A DNA stretch of 54,762 nucleotides, filler included, from Diploschistes diacapsis (taxonomy: Eukaryota): assembly GCA_023645945.1 (NCBI GenBank). It is 5 parts of 5 records of this genome, joined end to end, with 100 filler letters (N's around TTAATTAATTAA, not from the genome) between each part and the next. Parts side by side here need not be neighbours in the genome. Positions count along the whole stretch, not along the records: positions 11,022 to 21,895 come from JALAIB010000876.1; positions 21,996 to 32,851 come from JALAIB010000878.1; 3 more parts are not named here. One strand, 5' to 3'. Position 1 is the first letter of the stretch. Each line of letters opens with the position of its first letter. A program made the translations under genes and the position numbers. Positions 13,235-26,650 of the stretch are shown piece after piece. The notes beneath the pieces are model-generated. The model was not told the origin of the DNA and ran no database searches. It saw only the letters and a program-made list of their open reading frames with translations.

Positions 13235-13893
13235 GGAGGGCTCCACACAGACTGGATGTAGTATGTATGAGGAGTGGATGGGTAGATCGACCTTGATGGC
13301 GAACGTCCCTAAGCAGCAATACTAGGCCCTAGCCGCTTTGGTGCTGTTAGCGACCATGCAAATGCATACCACTTTCGAACATTATTAGTATTGACTATAA
13401 GACTCCCACATTCACCGAGACTCCAATAATTAATATCGAACGCCAGAGATGCACGAACAACGTGTTATCGTCGATTTATTTTTGAAAGGGCCCAAACTGC
13501 CTCGACCCAGCCTATGCTCTACATGGTTGGTTGAGTGACGGTGAGGCTATAGTTGATTTGATGCTACGTGTGTTGTCGCAGAAGTATAGTGCTGAGCGGA
13601 GACAGGAAGTAACTAGCAGCAGCGCGTATAATTTCATGGTCTGGAGGGTTTCCGGTAAATGGGTGAAAGCGAAACTGGAATCTTTGACAGCAATAGTAAG
13701 CTCTCCCAACATGCTTACTTCCTGTTTCGCGATACATCTAGGCCGCACCTGCCTTTGGACATCCTAGCAACAGATGTGCCTAGCTGAATAGGATGAATCC
13801 CTTGTTTATACAACTCCAGATGTTTGGCATGTCTCGCATCGGCCTTCAGCATATTTTCATCCACGGATTAAGGTCTCATTAGCTTGCATCGTC

Positions 13894-15011
13894 ATGGGCA
13901 AAACAAGACCCAAAGCAACCAAGAAGACTTTTAAGCAGCATTCTGTGGAGGACCCCGAAACGAGTGCTCTAGGCGAAGATTTAGCGAGCGTTCCGGACAA
14001 GACAGGCACAGGAAGTGTTATATGGGGAATCTTTGATCCAAGTTACGACGCTGCAGAAGAGCAGAAACAGACGCAACTGAAAAAAGAGAAGGAACGAGCA
14101 TTCAATCCGGGGGTTTTTGTCGAATCTCAATCCAGATTGCCAGCACAGATCGTCATGGGGGGCGCGTTGGGAACAGCCATCGACTATCTGAATGGAGAAG
14201 AAGATGATGCTAGTGCTGATGAAAAGGCATCCAAGAACAGTCAAGTTGAGCCTGACTTGGAGAAGCTGTCAGAGTACGTATCCCTCGCTTCCGCTTCGAG
14301 AAGGTTGGCTGAACTGCTTGCAGGTACTTGACCTCGGAGGTCGTCAACGTGATGGTTGCCGGAAAACTTGATGCCAAAGTCTTTAACATCCACTCAAAGG
14401 TGCTCGCTAGAGAATCGGCCATGCTAGCCAATCAGATGCGGTGGGATTCCAAACGTATCAAAAAAGGCTTGCGGGTCGTAGACGTGGAGCCCGATCTATT
14501 CGGGTATTTCGTGGTACGCCCCGGTCCTGCCATGAAGCATAACAAGTAACTCACACGAACCAACTAGGAGTATCTATACTGTGGCAACTGGAAGCTCCAA
14601 GAGAGCCCGCTGGGCCTAGACAAGAGCTACTCACGTTATGTGGTGCTTGTGCGGCTGTACTTGATGGGTGTACGCCTTCGGGCGCGGCCTTTCCAGTGCT
14701 CAATCCTCCAGGAGTTGCACTCATACCTAGCGACTACCCCTATCGTATCTGACGAGGCAGTCTGCCAGATGCTCGAGCTGGTATGCGCGCACGTGAACGA
14801 GGAAGACCCAATGGGGGAGCTGATCTTCTGGTCCGCGGCTTCGCGGTTGACGTCTCTGCAGAAGTATCCCTGTTTTAGGAGTCTGCTTAATACCAATCAT
14901 AACCTGGCAAAAGGCATCTGCGCGTTGGCGGGAAACACTGTACGCCCACAGCCGGAGATCAAGCTGCCCTTGTTGTCGGAGAGATTCAACCCGGAGAGAA
15001 TTCGTCGATAA
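13894..15011 (+). CDS. BTB/POZ-domain protein, copy 2 of a tandem pair, intact
   Basis: Introns 14274-14323 and 14514-14567 fall at the same positions as in copy 1 (EKLS^ and DLFGYFV^EY). Shared downstream motifs include Y(S)xYVVL.RLY, IFW.AAS and C-terminal RF.PE.I. Confidence 0.85.
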
Positions 15012-15228
15012 CCGGACTGGTACATGGAAGGAACTCGGTTTGAATTATTGAACGTTGGCTCCAGCACTGTTGTTCTGGGGCTGTCTGGGTGCTTGGAAAC
15101 GCTAACAACAATGCATGTATGTTCGGCGCTCTGCGTAGGATATATACAGTTAACACTCCCCAAGAGACCTTGGATCTTAGTAAAAAGCACGACCTTTCCA
15201 ATGCGCACCAGCAAGTGTCTCAGCCTCG

Positions 15229-18200
15229 CTACCTTGCCCTTGCACGTTCATAAAACACAATGTAGGCCTGCTCATTCTGCAGCCGATCGTTGAACTTCGT
15301 CTTCGCCGGATCAAAATCTGTGACCCGGTCGTCATCAAAACGCCGCCAGATGCCGCGGGCCGCGTCTCTAGCCAATGCAATGTAGTGTCCTCCGTTCAAT
15401 GTATTTCCAATATGTCTCATAACAGCGTAAATATCATAGTAAAAGGGGGGCGTGACTGCAGGGTCCGGCGCCTCTTCGCTAGTCTGCATCCGGGTATCAA
15501 TCATGTAGGGTTTCATGTCTAGTCCGTAAAGAGGAAAGTCTACTGCTGTATGCACCTTGCGCGTAGCTTCTGTTCGGGATCCTGAAAAGCGCTTGAAGTG
15601 TATCACAAGGATTCTGGGTAAACGGGTGATTCGAATCATCTTTGTGGCCTCACGCTGACATTTGCAAACGGGACAATTCCACTCTTCCCCAGGGTCCAGC
15701 ATTTCCTCCTTACAATAACTCTGCAAGCAATCGGTTATTCTCGTCTGGCCGGAGCGAGGGATCTCGACGCTAATGGAATAGAAAGCTTCGTATGTAGTAG
15801 AAGTATTGCCGCATGTCGCGCATGTCAGTCGTGACGCATGCTGCCCGGCAAAAAGATCAGCGATAAATGAATGCTCTCTGTGCGAATAACGTTGCCATTC
15901 GATCTTCGAAACCACATTCATCGGCATCCTCTCTCGCTTCAGTTCTTCCTGCTCGGTTAATGATCGAAGCGCCGCGCGATTCCAGTGCACATTCAGATCC
16001 TCGTGTAGGCAGTCGATCAAGAATTCAAGAAATTCTTTTGCGTCTTGTTGCCTGTCGACTCCCCATTCAGGGTTTAACCGCCCGCAGAATGTTCGCATTG
16101 ATTTGGGACGCAGTGCAGCTGCATCGTTTCGCCAAAGACTGCGGATTAAGTTCGAGAAAATATCCGGCATGATGCCCTCAGAACCTTTCCAATTTTTTCG
16201 CTGGACGAACATTCGCCAAGTCTCGTCCAAAAAGTATGTCGCTAGGTCAATAGTAGCTGACAGACACTGAATCGTTCCGTTCATGTAGCATGTAACACCA
16301 AAGTTTACAAGGCCCGTGCGCGGCAGTTTTAGTGAAGGTCCAATGAGTCTCGGACTCCACAAAGGTGGTGGTGCCGAGCCACCTTGCCGCGATACAGAGG
16401 AGACCTGAGCTCCCTCGCGATCTGATACCCCACTGTAGCTTGGACGTGACACAGCTGGAGCTGGCCGTGGCAGGACTGAGGGGACTGAGGGTATCGCTAT
16501 TGATTGAGTCGTGCGCGTTCCTGATATCGGCGTGATCATAGATGCCGGAATTTGAGGCTCTTCGGGATACCGACGAAGGAAATCATCTATGCTGCGATGA
16601 TAGGTGGGCGAAGCGTCTATTCCGGAACCCTGTTGATTTGAATCTGACGCAGCTTGGTATTCGCGCAAGTCGGCTGGCTTGACTTGTTCCTGCCGCACTT
16701 TTTCCTCCCACTCCTGCTTCTCCTTCGCATCCAGCGGATCGTACTGGTGCAACCTCCGCATGCGGATTTCACGACTCGAAGTACCACCGGTAATGGACGG
16801 CCGGTGCGGAAGCCGTCGAAAAGGCTTCGGCACGGGCAACGCATTGGGGATTTGAAGCGTCGTCGAAGATTGCAGGGCTTGGGGCCCGACCAGATCGATC
16901 CAAGCATCAAGTCCGCCTATCAACACGGCAGGAGATCTCCTTAATGGGAGACGATCATTGAATGTGACTAGGGTCTCGTATAAAGCGCGCAGCCAAGGTA
17001 CTAAAGCAGTCTTGGGCGAGCCGTCGAGGAATTGATCAGACCGAGTATTTTGATCATGATATACGACAAGATCATAGATCCCCAAACGCTCAAACCGCTC
17101 CGCCTCCGCATCTGGAGAGTACACCAACTTCTCCTGAAGGTTTTCAAAGGACATACCATATTGAAGGCTTAAAGGCTCAATACAGACGATTGATTTATGC
17201 CCAATGTGCCCTTCGTCAAAGTGGGCTCGCGGACGCACGTCCAGCACCAATATCCTATATAAGCGTAATAGATCGTACAATTCTTGGGCTGTAACACTCC
17301 TTACATTTGGTAGTTCCGGGACTTGGCGCTGATGCGATTCCAGGCTTCGCTGTCTTAAGGGACCGTTGGTAAAGTATGCAACACCATTTTGTTGATTCTC
17401 TTTGATTCCTTGATTTGCGATACTTCGAGCAGTGCTGCGAGGAGGAGCGATGTTTGGGGGAGATCCAATGTTCCGGGCGGGACTGTAGGTTGGGCTGGGA
17501 GCTCTCGGTAGTGTAATATCCAATCGCGAGGGGTGTAAGGGAATTTTTGGGGGGAGAGACGGCCCATTTGCGGAAGGCATCGGCATGGCTCTAGGTCCTG
17601 CGGGTTTGATATCGGTGACGCTTGGCGCGTACTGCGTCTGAACCAAAGCCTGTCCGTCTTTCGAGGTTGGGCGGTCCTGTGCCAGCAATGCTACCGATGG
17701 TGAGGTCTCTAATGGATAGGGCGGCTTGTTTCCGGGAGAGCGAAGCTGGGCGAATCTCAACATCAGAGGGTCCATATTGCCACTAGACTCCAATGTTGTA
17801 GGCGTAGCAACATCTAGATATAGCTCATCTCGCGAATTGCGCGGAACCGAAGGGGATCGAGGCGATGGCTTGCTGGAATTTTTGCGGTGCTCAGGAGCTG
17901 CGGGGTGGCGAGGTTGGCCATTAATGTTTGTTGCCTCGCTATAGGAGGGAGGAGAAAAGTTCGGTCCGGCCCTGCTTGAACGATTGCTCTGGCGTATCGC
18001 ATCCTCGATAGACTGCACCATCGGTCGTTGCGACTCATGTCTCTGCTACGAGTTAGAATTCGTGAGACCACCTCAGCATCTACCCACCTTCACGATCGAT
18101 GTGCATCTCGTTTTCTTTTCTAGCTGAAGATAGGGGTAATCCCGATGCTGCAGCAGAAGTTTGATAATATTCTCCGCCTTTAAGAACTCTATATAAGCCC

Positions 18201-18474
18201 TATCCGGTCTCCTGAACTCGACGTCCGTTTGGGCCTGCTGGTTGTATTGTTGCGCTTGTTGTAGAAGACTCTCAATCTAGGTAGATATTAGCCTGGAGAC
18301 GCCTGATACTGGGCACTAGGAGGCTTCGCATACGGAATTATAAGCACTCGTGTTGAGTTCATGGGTGGCCGCGGCTCGCAGGTCATCGATATCGGGGTAT
18401 TCGAAGTTGCTTGGGCCGTAGCTGCCGCTAGAAGATCGAACATGGCCATTAAAACTTTGTATTGCGGAGGTCAT
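15229..18474 (-). CDS. DOA4: Ubiquitin C-terminal hydrolase of the Doa4/Ubp4 type (N-terminal MIT-like region, rhodanese, USP)
   Basis: Rhodanese (LDVRPRAHFDEGHI), Cys box GLVNFGVTCYMN, QQDAKEF, His box GGHYIA and FDD. Two short 5' exons starting at ATG 18474 splice into ORF 15229-18021. Confidence 0.92.
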
Positions 18475-18970
18475 TTTGAGCAGTTTCCTTGGGCTAAGCT
18501 TCTGGTTTCCATCCTAAACTTGAAACGCGCGTCTACTAACGCTTAAGATTCGGCCTGTCTCGTCTGACCTTACCGGAGTCTGGGAAGGGTGTCAAGAGTC
18601 TAGTAAGGCAAACAAGCAAACAGCAAGACGACTTTCTTATTAAGAAGAAGAAGGAGGAGGAGGGAGCTGTTACGTCGTTGCTGGTGTAGGAAAGGGAAGG
18701 TGTTAGTATGTGGACGCTCTGTATAGGGGGGTGAATCTGTAATGTGCTCGACAGATACTGAGTGTAGCTGGCAGAATAAAGGCGGTGGCGGCGCGAGGCG
18801 GAATTGAAACCGTGCAGTACCACTGCTGTTTCGTCATACCAGAGTGTAGACTAGTAGGCAACTTAAAAGAACTGTTGAAACTTCAAGGCATGCTTTCTTT
18901 CTCAGGAAGCTGAGCACCAAACACCTTGCTCGTATCTGAGCTGTGCATATCTGGGTCTTCTTGCAAAAAC

Positions 18971-21378
18971 ATGTCTGGTTGGTTTGCCACCAGCTCGCTT
19001 TTAGACGAGCAAGTCGAGAAGGCTACATCCTCGAGTTTGTCAGTCGAGTAACGCTAGATATCAAAGAGCTTGATCATGCTAACATTCAGAATTAGGGAAG
19101 ACATAGCACAAAATCTGGAAATATCAGATTTGATCCGGTCCAAGACAGTTCAGCCGAAAGATGCCATGAGATCGTTAAAGAAACGGCTAGGAAACAAGAA
19201 CCCGAATGTGCAGATTGCAACTTTAAAGGTGAAGACCAGAACCAGTTCTGTATACAAGCCCACTCACATTCTTCAAGTTGACCGATACATGCGTTAAGAA
19301 TGGAGGGTCACATTTTTTGACGGAAATTGCATCTCGAGAATTCATGGACAATCTAGTCTCAATATTGAAGGCTCACGGAGCTGCATCACCCGACTCTAAC
19401 GTAGAGAGGAAACTCCTTGAGCTTATACAAGATTGGTCGATTGCCACACAGGGTCGTTATGAGCTATCATACCTGAGCGAAACGTACAGAATGCTTCAAC
19501 GTGACGGTTTCAAATTCCCACCTCGGATTGAAATCTCTAGTAGCATGGTGGACAGTAGCGCTGTAAGTCTTCCCTGCGCTTCTCCATCTCTAGCGGCTGA
19601 CACCGAGCTGCAAGCCCCCTGAATGGGTGGACTCGGACGTCTGCATGCGATGTCGAACAGCCTTTAGCTTTACGAACCGAAAGCACCACTGCCGAAATTG
19701 CGGAAACGTCTTTGATCAACAATGCTCGAGCAAGTCAATCGCTCTTCCGCACATAGGAATCACTGAGCCGAGGAGAGTATGCGATGGCTGTCATTTGAAG
19801 TTAACTAACAAGGCTCGGACCGTATCTTCGCCGATTGAGAGAAGGTCTTCGAAAACATTTCCTATGCCCAAGCGAGCGCTGATGCAGCCCCGAGATGCCC
19901 GAGGTGATGAAGGGTTCGATGAAGATCTTAAGAAAGCCCTGCAGATGAGTTTGGAGGAGTCAAACGGTGGTAACGGCCCAGGATACGAACCGCAGTCTCT
20001 ACCGAAACGGCAGAGCTCAAAACCTACGGCCCACGTTGCTCCAAGCGCGGTCGATTCAGACGAGGAAGATGAGGAATTGAAGGCGGCCATCGCTGCATCA
20101 CTCCACGACATGGAGGAACAAAAGGTAAAACATGCCAAAGCTCTGAAAGAACAAGCGGCTAGCTCAAGCATGGCCGGACGCAAGCTGGTGGCGTCCAGAT
20201 CGGATTATGAGTTGACGCCCGTTGAAGCGGAGAATATCAATCTATTCTCTACCTTGGTTGACCGACTACAACATCAGCCACCAGGAACGATTCTTCGAGA
20301 ACCGCAGATCCAAGAACTTTATGACAGTATCGGGACGCTGAGGCCAAAGCTCGCCCGAACGTACGGCGAAACCATGAGCAAGCACGGTGAGCTTAACACC
20401 GACGTCCTCTTGTCTTATCTACTAAACTTGTCAGATACCCTCCTTGACCTGCACGCCAAGCTTGCAACTGTCGTGAGATATTACGATCAAATGCTTGAAG
20501 AACGACTTTCTCATACCTACAATCAACATACCATTGCAGGATATAACGCTCACACAGCAAGGCTTTCTAGTATCTATCCTTCCATATCCTCGAGCCTTGC
20601 GAATGGCCCGTCCCAAGCAGAGAACTTCTACACTGGAAACGCAGCACCAAGTGCACCGGCAGACTATGGCCCTCCTTCCAACTCATATGAGCATCACCCG
20701 CCTGGTCAATCTATATCTGCAGAGTACGGACTCGGAGGGCCCAGCACTACGGCATATGTCCCACATGGGTCGCATAACCAGTCTAACAGAGCGTACCCAC
20801 CGCAGCGGACTAGTAGCGTGCAGTCATACCCTTCAATAGATTCACAGCAAAGAAGCGAGCCCGTCTATTCTCAAGACCGCAGCAGCGTGGCTTATCCGTC
20901 ACAGCCTGCCCCTCAACCAGCTCAAGTTTCATTCAACCAGCAATATGCACAGGCGCCAGTTTCTCCGGAGTCGGAAGTTGTATCGTCGTTCTATCAAGAT
21001 CCTAGCAAGCGGCAGGATCACCATATCCAACCTATGGCGCCGCCACAGCAACAGCCATCTCCAAGTTTGTATCACCAAGCACCGCCAGCGCAGGCCCAGC
21101 AACAGGTACCCAATCCTCCTCAAATGCCACCTCTACATCAACAAGCACCTCTACCATCTCAAGGCTATCCTTCCCAACAGTCTTATTCGCAGCAAGCTGC
21201 TGGGCCGTCATCGAATTATTGGCAGCAACAAGCGGCAGTTGCTGCGTATAATCACAATGCCCAAGCCCCCAATGTTGCACATCAGTCGGCCACGTCGTAT
21301 TCAGGAGACGGGTTCCCAGCTGCGCCCACGCATCAGCCGCAAATGAAGGTCGTAGAAGAGAGTTTAATTGAGTTGTAA
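18971..21378 (+). CDS. VPS27: ESCRT-0 subunit Vps27 (VHS, FYVE, two UIMs, GAT, Gln/Pro-rich tail)
   Basis: VHS start [31 protein letters not shown], UIMs [11 protein letters not shown] and [12 protein letters not shown]-terminal clathrin-box-like LIEL*. Four introns. Confidence 0.96.
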
Positions 21379-21895
21379 GAGCTTGGGAACCAGGGGGCGT
21401 ACTGTGACATTTGAAGAACTTTATATAAGGCGAGGGGGTGATGGAGAGGATAAATAGATGGCTCCCCGGCGTTCCGTGATACCCTGGGAATCATCCTAGC
21501 CCTGGCAAGCTTCGGTTCGGTAATGGGGAGTTGTAAGCTCCTGAAGCTTGACACTCCCGAAGTTCATTTCTGAGGTATGTTTTGTGCTACCAAGATTTAC
21601 CAGTCTGCAGTGCCTTGTTGAGCACAAAGCTTTCAAATGCAGTGTGTACGTGCCCACTCGCGCTTCACAAGTTTTTTTTTTTTTTATCGTGTACAGTGCA
21701 CAGACGTACCAGAAAGGGATCACAGATTCACAGGATACCTAGAATACCCGAAGCAGCCTTTAAATCCACACGCAAAAGCCATCTGGAACCGCCAGTCAAG
21801 TCATTCAAGTGCCCTGGGGGGGGGGTCCCCTCGGGGATTTCTGTGGAGTGGACGGGGTTGAAGCTCATGGATGGCCAAGTAAGTAAGCTGGAGGG

Positions 21896-21995
21896 NNNNN
21901 NNNNNNNNNNNNNNNNNNNNNNNNNNNNNNNNNNNNNNNTTAATTAATTAANNNNNNNNNNNNNNNNNNNNNNNNNNNNNNNNNNNNNNNNNNNN
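21896..21995. other. Artificial contig spacer (N44-TTAATTAATTAA-N44)
   Basis: Identical 100-bp six-frame-stop linker. Confidence 0.98.
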
Positions 21996-22729
21996 CCCCC
22001 CACCCTTTCTGCCAAAACAGCACTATTCCGGTTTCTTCCTGCTTCTTCCTACCGTTTGGGTTTCATCATAGATTCTGGCAGCAGAAGATCTCGCCTAGGG
22101 TAGGAAGCACACATCGGGAGAAGGGGATCCGGCGGGGCATGCATTGAGATCGAGTCCATGATACATTCGGGCAGCTGGTGATGCATGTAGCTCACTAGCC
22201 AGTCCAGCGAATTTAGACTTGAACATAATAGATGAGCAAAAGTAGATTTGCACTGCGGCATAAGAACGAGGGCCACAGAAAATCGGTGGGCTGCCAAACC
22301 GAAGCCGCCGGTCCTGCCCTACCAATGCTGGCAATCCCCGCTTCCTTTTCCATCCTTCAGGGAAACAACGTTGCCGCCTTACGCGGCCCATTCTCGCCCT
22401 CCGGTCACCATTTAACCTTCATCTGGAAGCTAATGGGGTCCCGACTCCCTATAACATCCCCCTCGTGTCCATACTGCGTGAAATCATATCCCCGTCAGAT
22501 CATCCGAATGCCCCAGCAGCATAGGCAATACTCAATGCGTGAACAAGGTGAAAAGGTCGGAACGAATATACAGAGATGGCATCAGACATGTCGCAATCAT
22601 GAGGATCACGGACTAAACCCAGGAACAAGGTCAAGCTACCGTAATGAAAGGGGAAAAAAAGAAGAAAAAAGAAAAAAAACCCATGGAAAAAGCGGAGCTG
22701 CCGAGAAGCTTTGCCGATGAAAGCTCGAA

Positions 22730-23718
22730 TTACCTAGTGTATGGCTTGTTCATCGCCGCAATCTCTCTCGCGATTGTCGGCCACTCCAGCTCTCTGCGAA
22801 CGGGCTCGCCGCGCTTGGTTTGCTGTACCTCTTCCCATTTGAGTAGCTCGTAAGCGAAGCGGAGATGAGGCTGGATGATGACATTGAGACGTCGGGCTCG
22901 TACAAAGCAGCTGGGTAAGTGCTGTTAGCATTCACAATGAGCTGACCGACCATGCGGATACTCACTAAGCGCGAGGAAAAGAAAGACCTCGAGAGGCCAT
23001 GACTTCTGCAATGCAAATGGTTGCGGATCGAGAAACGCCGACTCTACAATGCACCAGCGTTGCCGTTCCATCTAACTTTCCCCTTTCTGAAGAGCATCTT
23101 CAGCACCAGTTTCCGGCCTGAGAAACAACAATCTACTTACCAATGAACGCCAAACACCGATCGATTTCCTCCGTCAATGGGTCAACGCCGTTATCTTGCA
23201 CCCTATCAACGTACAAGAAATTCTCCGGGCCCCACTTTGCGAGCCTATGATTTGCCCAGCTGACGAGCTCACCTACGCTTAAGATTCGCTTGATGCCCAA
23301 AGCTGTCAGCAGATCAGGGTTGTTGGCGTGCGTCAAGTTGCCGAGATACATGTAAGGAGTGATTCGACTTGGGAGGCTTCCATCAAAGCGCTTCAGCCAA
23401 GGCGGATCTTCCGGGAGGGAAGAAGGGATGCAGCGCGAACCCTTGGGGGACTCCTGCATTATTCGGGGCTGGATAGAGGCGAGTAGAGATACGTCTGAGG
23501 GGTATGCGAAGAAATTTCGTTTCTTCTCGCAGTGCAACCGAATCCAAGCCTCATGTAGGGGTATGCACTCGACAAACATGCAGTAGGCCAAAGCCAGTAG
23601 CGTAGTCTCGGTATAGCCATCGGCACAATGAAGCAGGATCCTTCGGGCCGGTGCAGGCAGGCTTCCCATTTGTATGTCGCCATCGCTGTCCTCGCGCGGC
23701 GCAACGCACCCCTCATCT

Positions 23719-23751
<33 letters not shown>

Positions 23752-25046
23752 CCGCCACCACCAAGCTCAGGATTTGCGAGCCTGAACATCCAATGGCACA
23801 TCCTGAGTAGACCGTCAACCTCGGTGTGTGACCATGTCGGAGGCATTATGCTTCCTGAGGAGGGAAAATCGATGTTTTGCGAACTCTTCGCACATAGCTC
23901 GCTAATTCTTTCAAGCGTAATCGATTCGGGAGGGCGTGCGACGTCACTGGCCTCGATAAGAAGGTCAAAATCGGGGTTATGTTCCGGTTGCTCTGATGTC
24001 GGCAGAACTGAGGAGTCGGGCGTTGGACCAAGCCATACATTGCGCGCGATCTCGGAAGCCTTCGACATTGTACACATCTCCTGTCGCTCCAGTTGAACTA
24101 TCGAGAATAAGCATTGCAACTGATCAAGTTATGGGGATGACGTACGAAGATCTGGTACGGCCTGTGAGATCCTGCCATCCGCGGTAATAGACACTAACTC
24201 GGGATAATCATCTTCAAAGTCCTCAAACGCACCTAAATCCGAATGTTAGTATGCCGACCCAGGTCTATCGAAAGCTGATGGGGGTCTCTGCTTACTTCTC
24301 ACAACAAAAGTATTAAATTCGCCAAATTCGGCGCCCGTGGCTGTGATCTTCTTCCGATAACACTTCTGAGCACGCGCGACCCGCTCCGCCGTGCTCCTCA
24401 GCACCTCGATTGGAGTTCCGTCGTCTTTGTATATCACGATGTCTGAAATCATTGCCCATTTGGCTGCTTGAATCTGAAAGTTTCGGACGGAGAAGCCTTC
24501 CTTGGGATCAATGTCGAGGAACATGGGTTCCTTTGCATCATTGCTGGCCAGCAATTCCGACGGGGAGATTGCTCCCCTCAGCTTGGACTTGGAAAGGTCG
24601 CCGCCAGCTTTTACGATGGTAACACCTCGGAGGCATTTTGGAGTCTTCCGCAGTGCTTTTCGACGGGCAATGAAAAATGCTTGTTGTATCTGGTTTTCCG
24701 GATGCAGGCCGTGCAGCCAGGGAAAGACGAGGTCGGGGTCTGCCAATGGTGTCGTGGCGGATTGGTGGAGTGCTTTCTGTACGATTTCGGCGTTGACCGA
24801 GTATATCGGAGGGTCTTTCGATACCCTGGTGTAAGCTCCGGCGGGATGCAGTATCGACGAAGGAGGGCCATCAATCTTTTCTGTGGATGAAGGAGTTTCC
24901 GGTGGAGTGGCGGGAGTTTCGAGGGCGGGTACAGGTCCCGGAGAGCAGTACGGTATGTGCTTATTGGGAACGACGTTGGCCTTGATTTTCGAGGTGTCGA
25001 TTGAAAGGCCAGGAGGAGGCGTTTGGTGTACGACCAGCGTAGCCAT
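22730..25046 (-). CDS. PPS1: Dual-specificity protein phosphatase of the Pps1 type
   Basis: N-terminal FPWLHGLHPEN and FSVRNFQIQ motifs, DGSLPSRI, QDNGVDPL, catalytic VHCRVGVSRSAT (about 23020-23055), and last exon CFVRARRLNVIIQP..KPYTR* ending at 22730. Four introns. Confidence 0.93.
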
Positions 25047-25773
25047 TGTCACCGGTCGCGTGAAGAAGGCGGCGAGCTGCTGTAGGAGTCACATTAGGAT
25101 AGCTAATGTACGAGCCAAGGCTTGAGATGGGGGCTTAGGAACTGCTAAGTGGAATATGTTCGTGATGTCTGCGATGTCCTCGAACTTGGCGTAAAAGGCT
25201 TGCCCGTTTCAGGTCAACATTAGGTACCTCGTACGTTGAGGTGCCGGAGATAAGGTGAACAGCAGAGCCAAGGATTGATTATCTGGCGGCTCAGACTGGG
25301 TCCCGGACGAGAAATCAGAGAGGCTGATGATGGATTGCAGAAACAGTTCCAGAGGCAGGACGGTGGTATGCAAGAGGAAATATTAAAGAGAGGTATAGTG
25401 TTGAGCAAATGCAGTAAATTCGACGCCCGTGGGATGGGTTAGAGACTCTATCTCTCCAGCATCTTCAATCGATCAGATGAGATTCATTGACAAGATGGCT
25501 ATTTGCAGGATGGGAGCCCTGTCCGCTTTGATTGAAGAAGAAGAAGAGCAGTTGAGTTGGTAGGAAAAGGAAGGATATTGGACAGGAGGGCTGGGGAAGA
25601 TAAGTAGAATAGTACTAGCTACAGTAACTACTAGTAGTAGGTAGGTAGCATGCCGTCTGGACTCTCTCCTTCTTAGCAGGTTCTCCCCCCCCTCCACAGT
25701 CCTGCTTGTCTGTGCCTGTACTGGGATAGGGATGGGAATGCATATCACGCCCCGCTGAGCCCCGCTTCTTGGT

Positions 25774-25830
25774 GGACTCGGACTCGGACTCGGACTTGGA
25801 CTTGGACTTGGATTAGGACTTGGACTCGGA
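25774..25830. repeat. (GGACTY)n hexamer tandem repeat upstream of PPS1
   Basis: About 9 units of GGACTC/GGACTT, one degenerate. Confidence 0.85.
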
Positions 25831-26650
25831 TCGATTCACTGCAGGGATCAAGACACGCTCCTCAGACAACAACCTAAAACGATACTCAACTACCTACTAC
25901 CTACTAGGGGTATATATATTGTTAGGCAGCCTGGTAGGGAAGGGGCCGAATCCCCCAATAAGCGGCTTTCCCCTCAGAACCCACCATGGCCTTCCCCCCC
26001 TTGAAGGTGTAAGCACTTACCCCTCCACACCCCCCACAAGTGAAGAACTTCTTGGGCGCCCCGCCGAGAATCCTTGCCCTGCTGCTAGGTAGATACCTCG
26101 GATGCTTCAATTGCCCTTTAAAATGGAGTTTAGAAGATCAGAGCCGCTGCTCTTTTCATATACCAACCCAATCCAGGTCCGCATAATGCCAGGTGAAAAG
26201 TTGATAGGATCCAGTAGATATCCGTAGGTGGTATCCCATCTTGAATCTTTTCCCGGAGGAGATTATATGCGGAAATCCTGATCCTCGCTTGCACACACGC
26301 AAGCAAGTCTGCTGCGGACAAGCTCGGTCTGATAGCCGGACTTTCCATCGACCGAAAAGATCCGCCAGATCGAGCGATTATTCTGGCTGTTTTTTCTGTT
26401 CCTTGGTTGCTTTTTTAACCCTCCTTCTCCCCTGGGCAACTTGGGGTTCCGCCCGTGTTCCCCACCTTGACACATTATCGAACCGGGTCCTGCATTTAAT
26501 ATTAATCAAGATGAGACTTTTGGCTCGCCCAGCGCTTATTTAACCCCCCTCCAATCCGTGAATTGTGCATACACAAGCCCCACTATAATTAATGACACCA
26601 TGATACTAACATCCTAATGGCGTATACTGTGCAGAGCCTGTGATGGGGGG

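Noticed and set aside
26460..26500. GGTTCGA T-loop-like motif on the minus strand suggesting a tRNA
   Set aside because: No flanking T-stem, acceptor stem or A-box could be paired.
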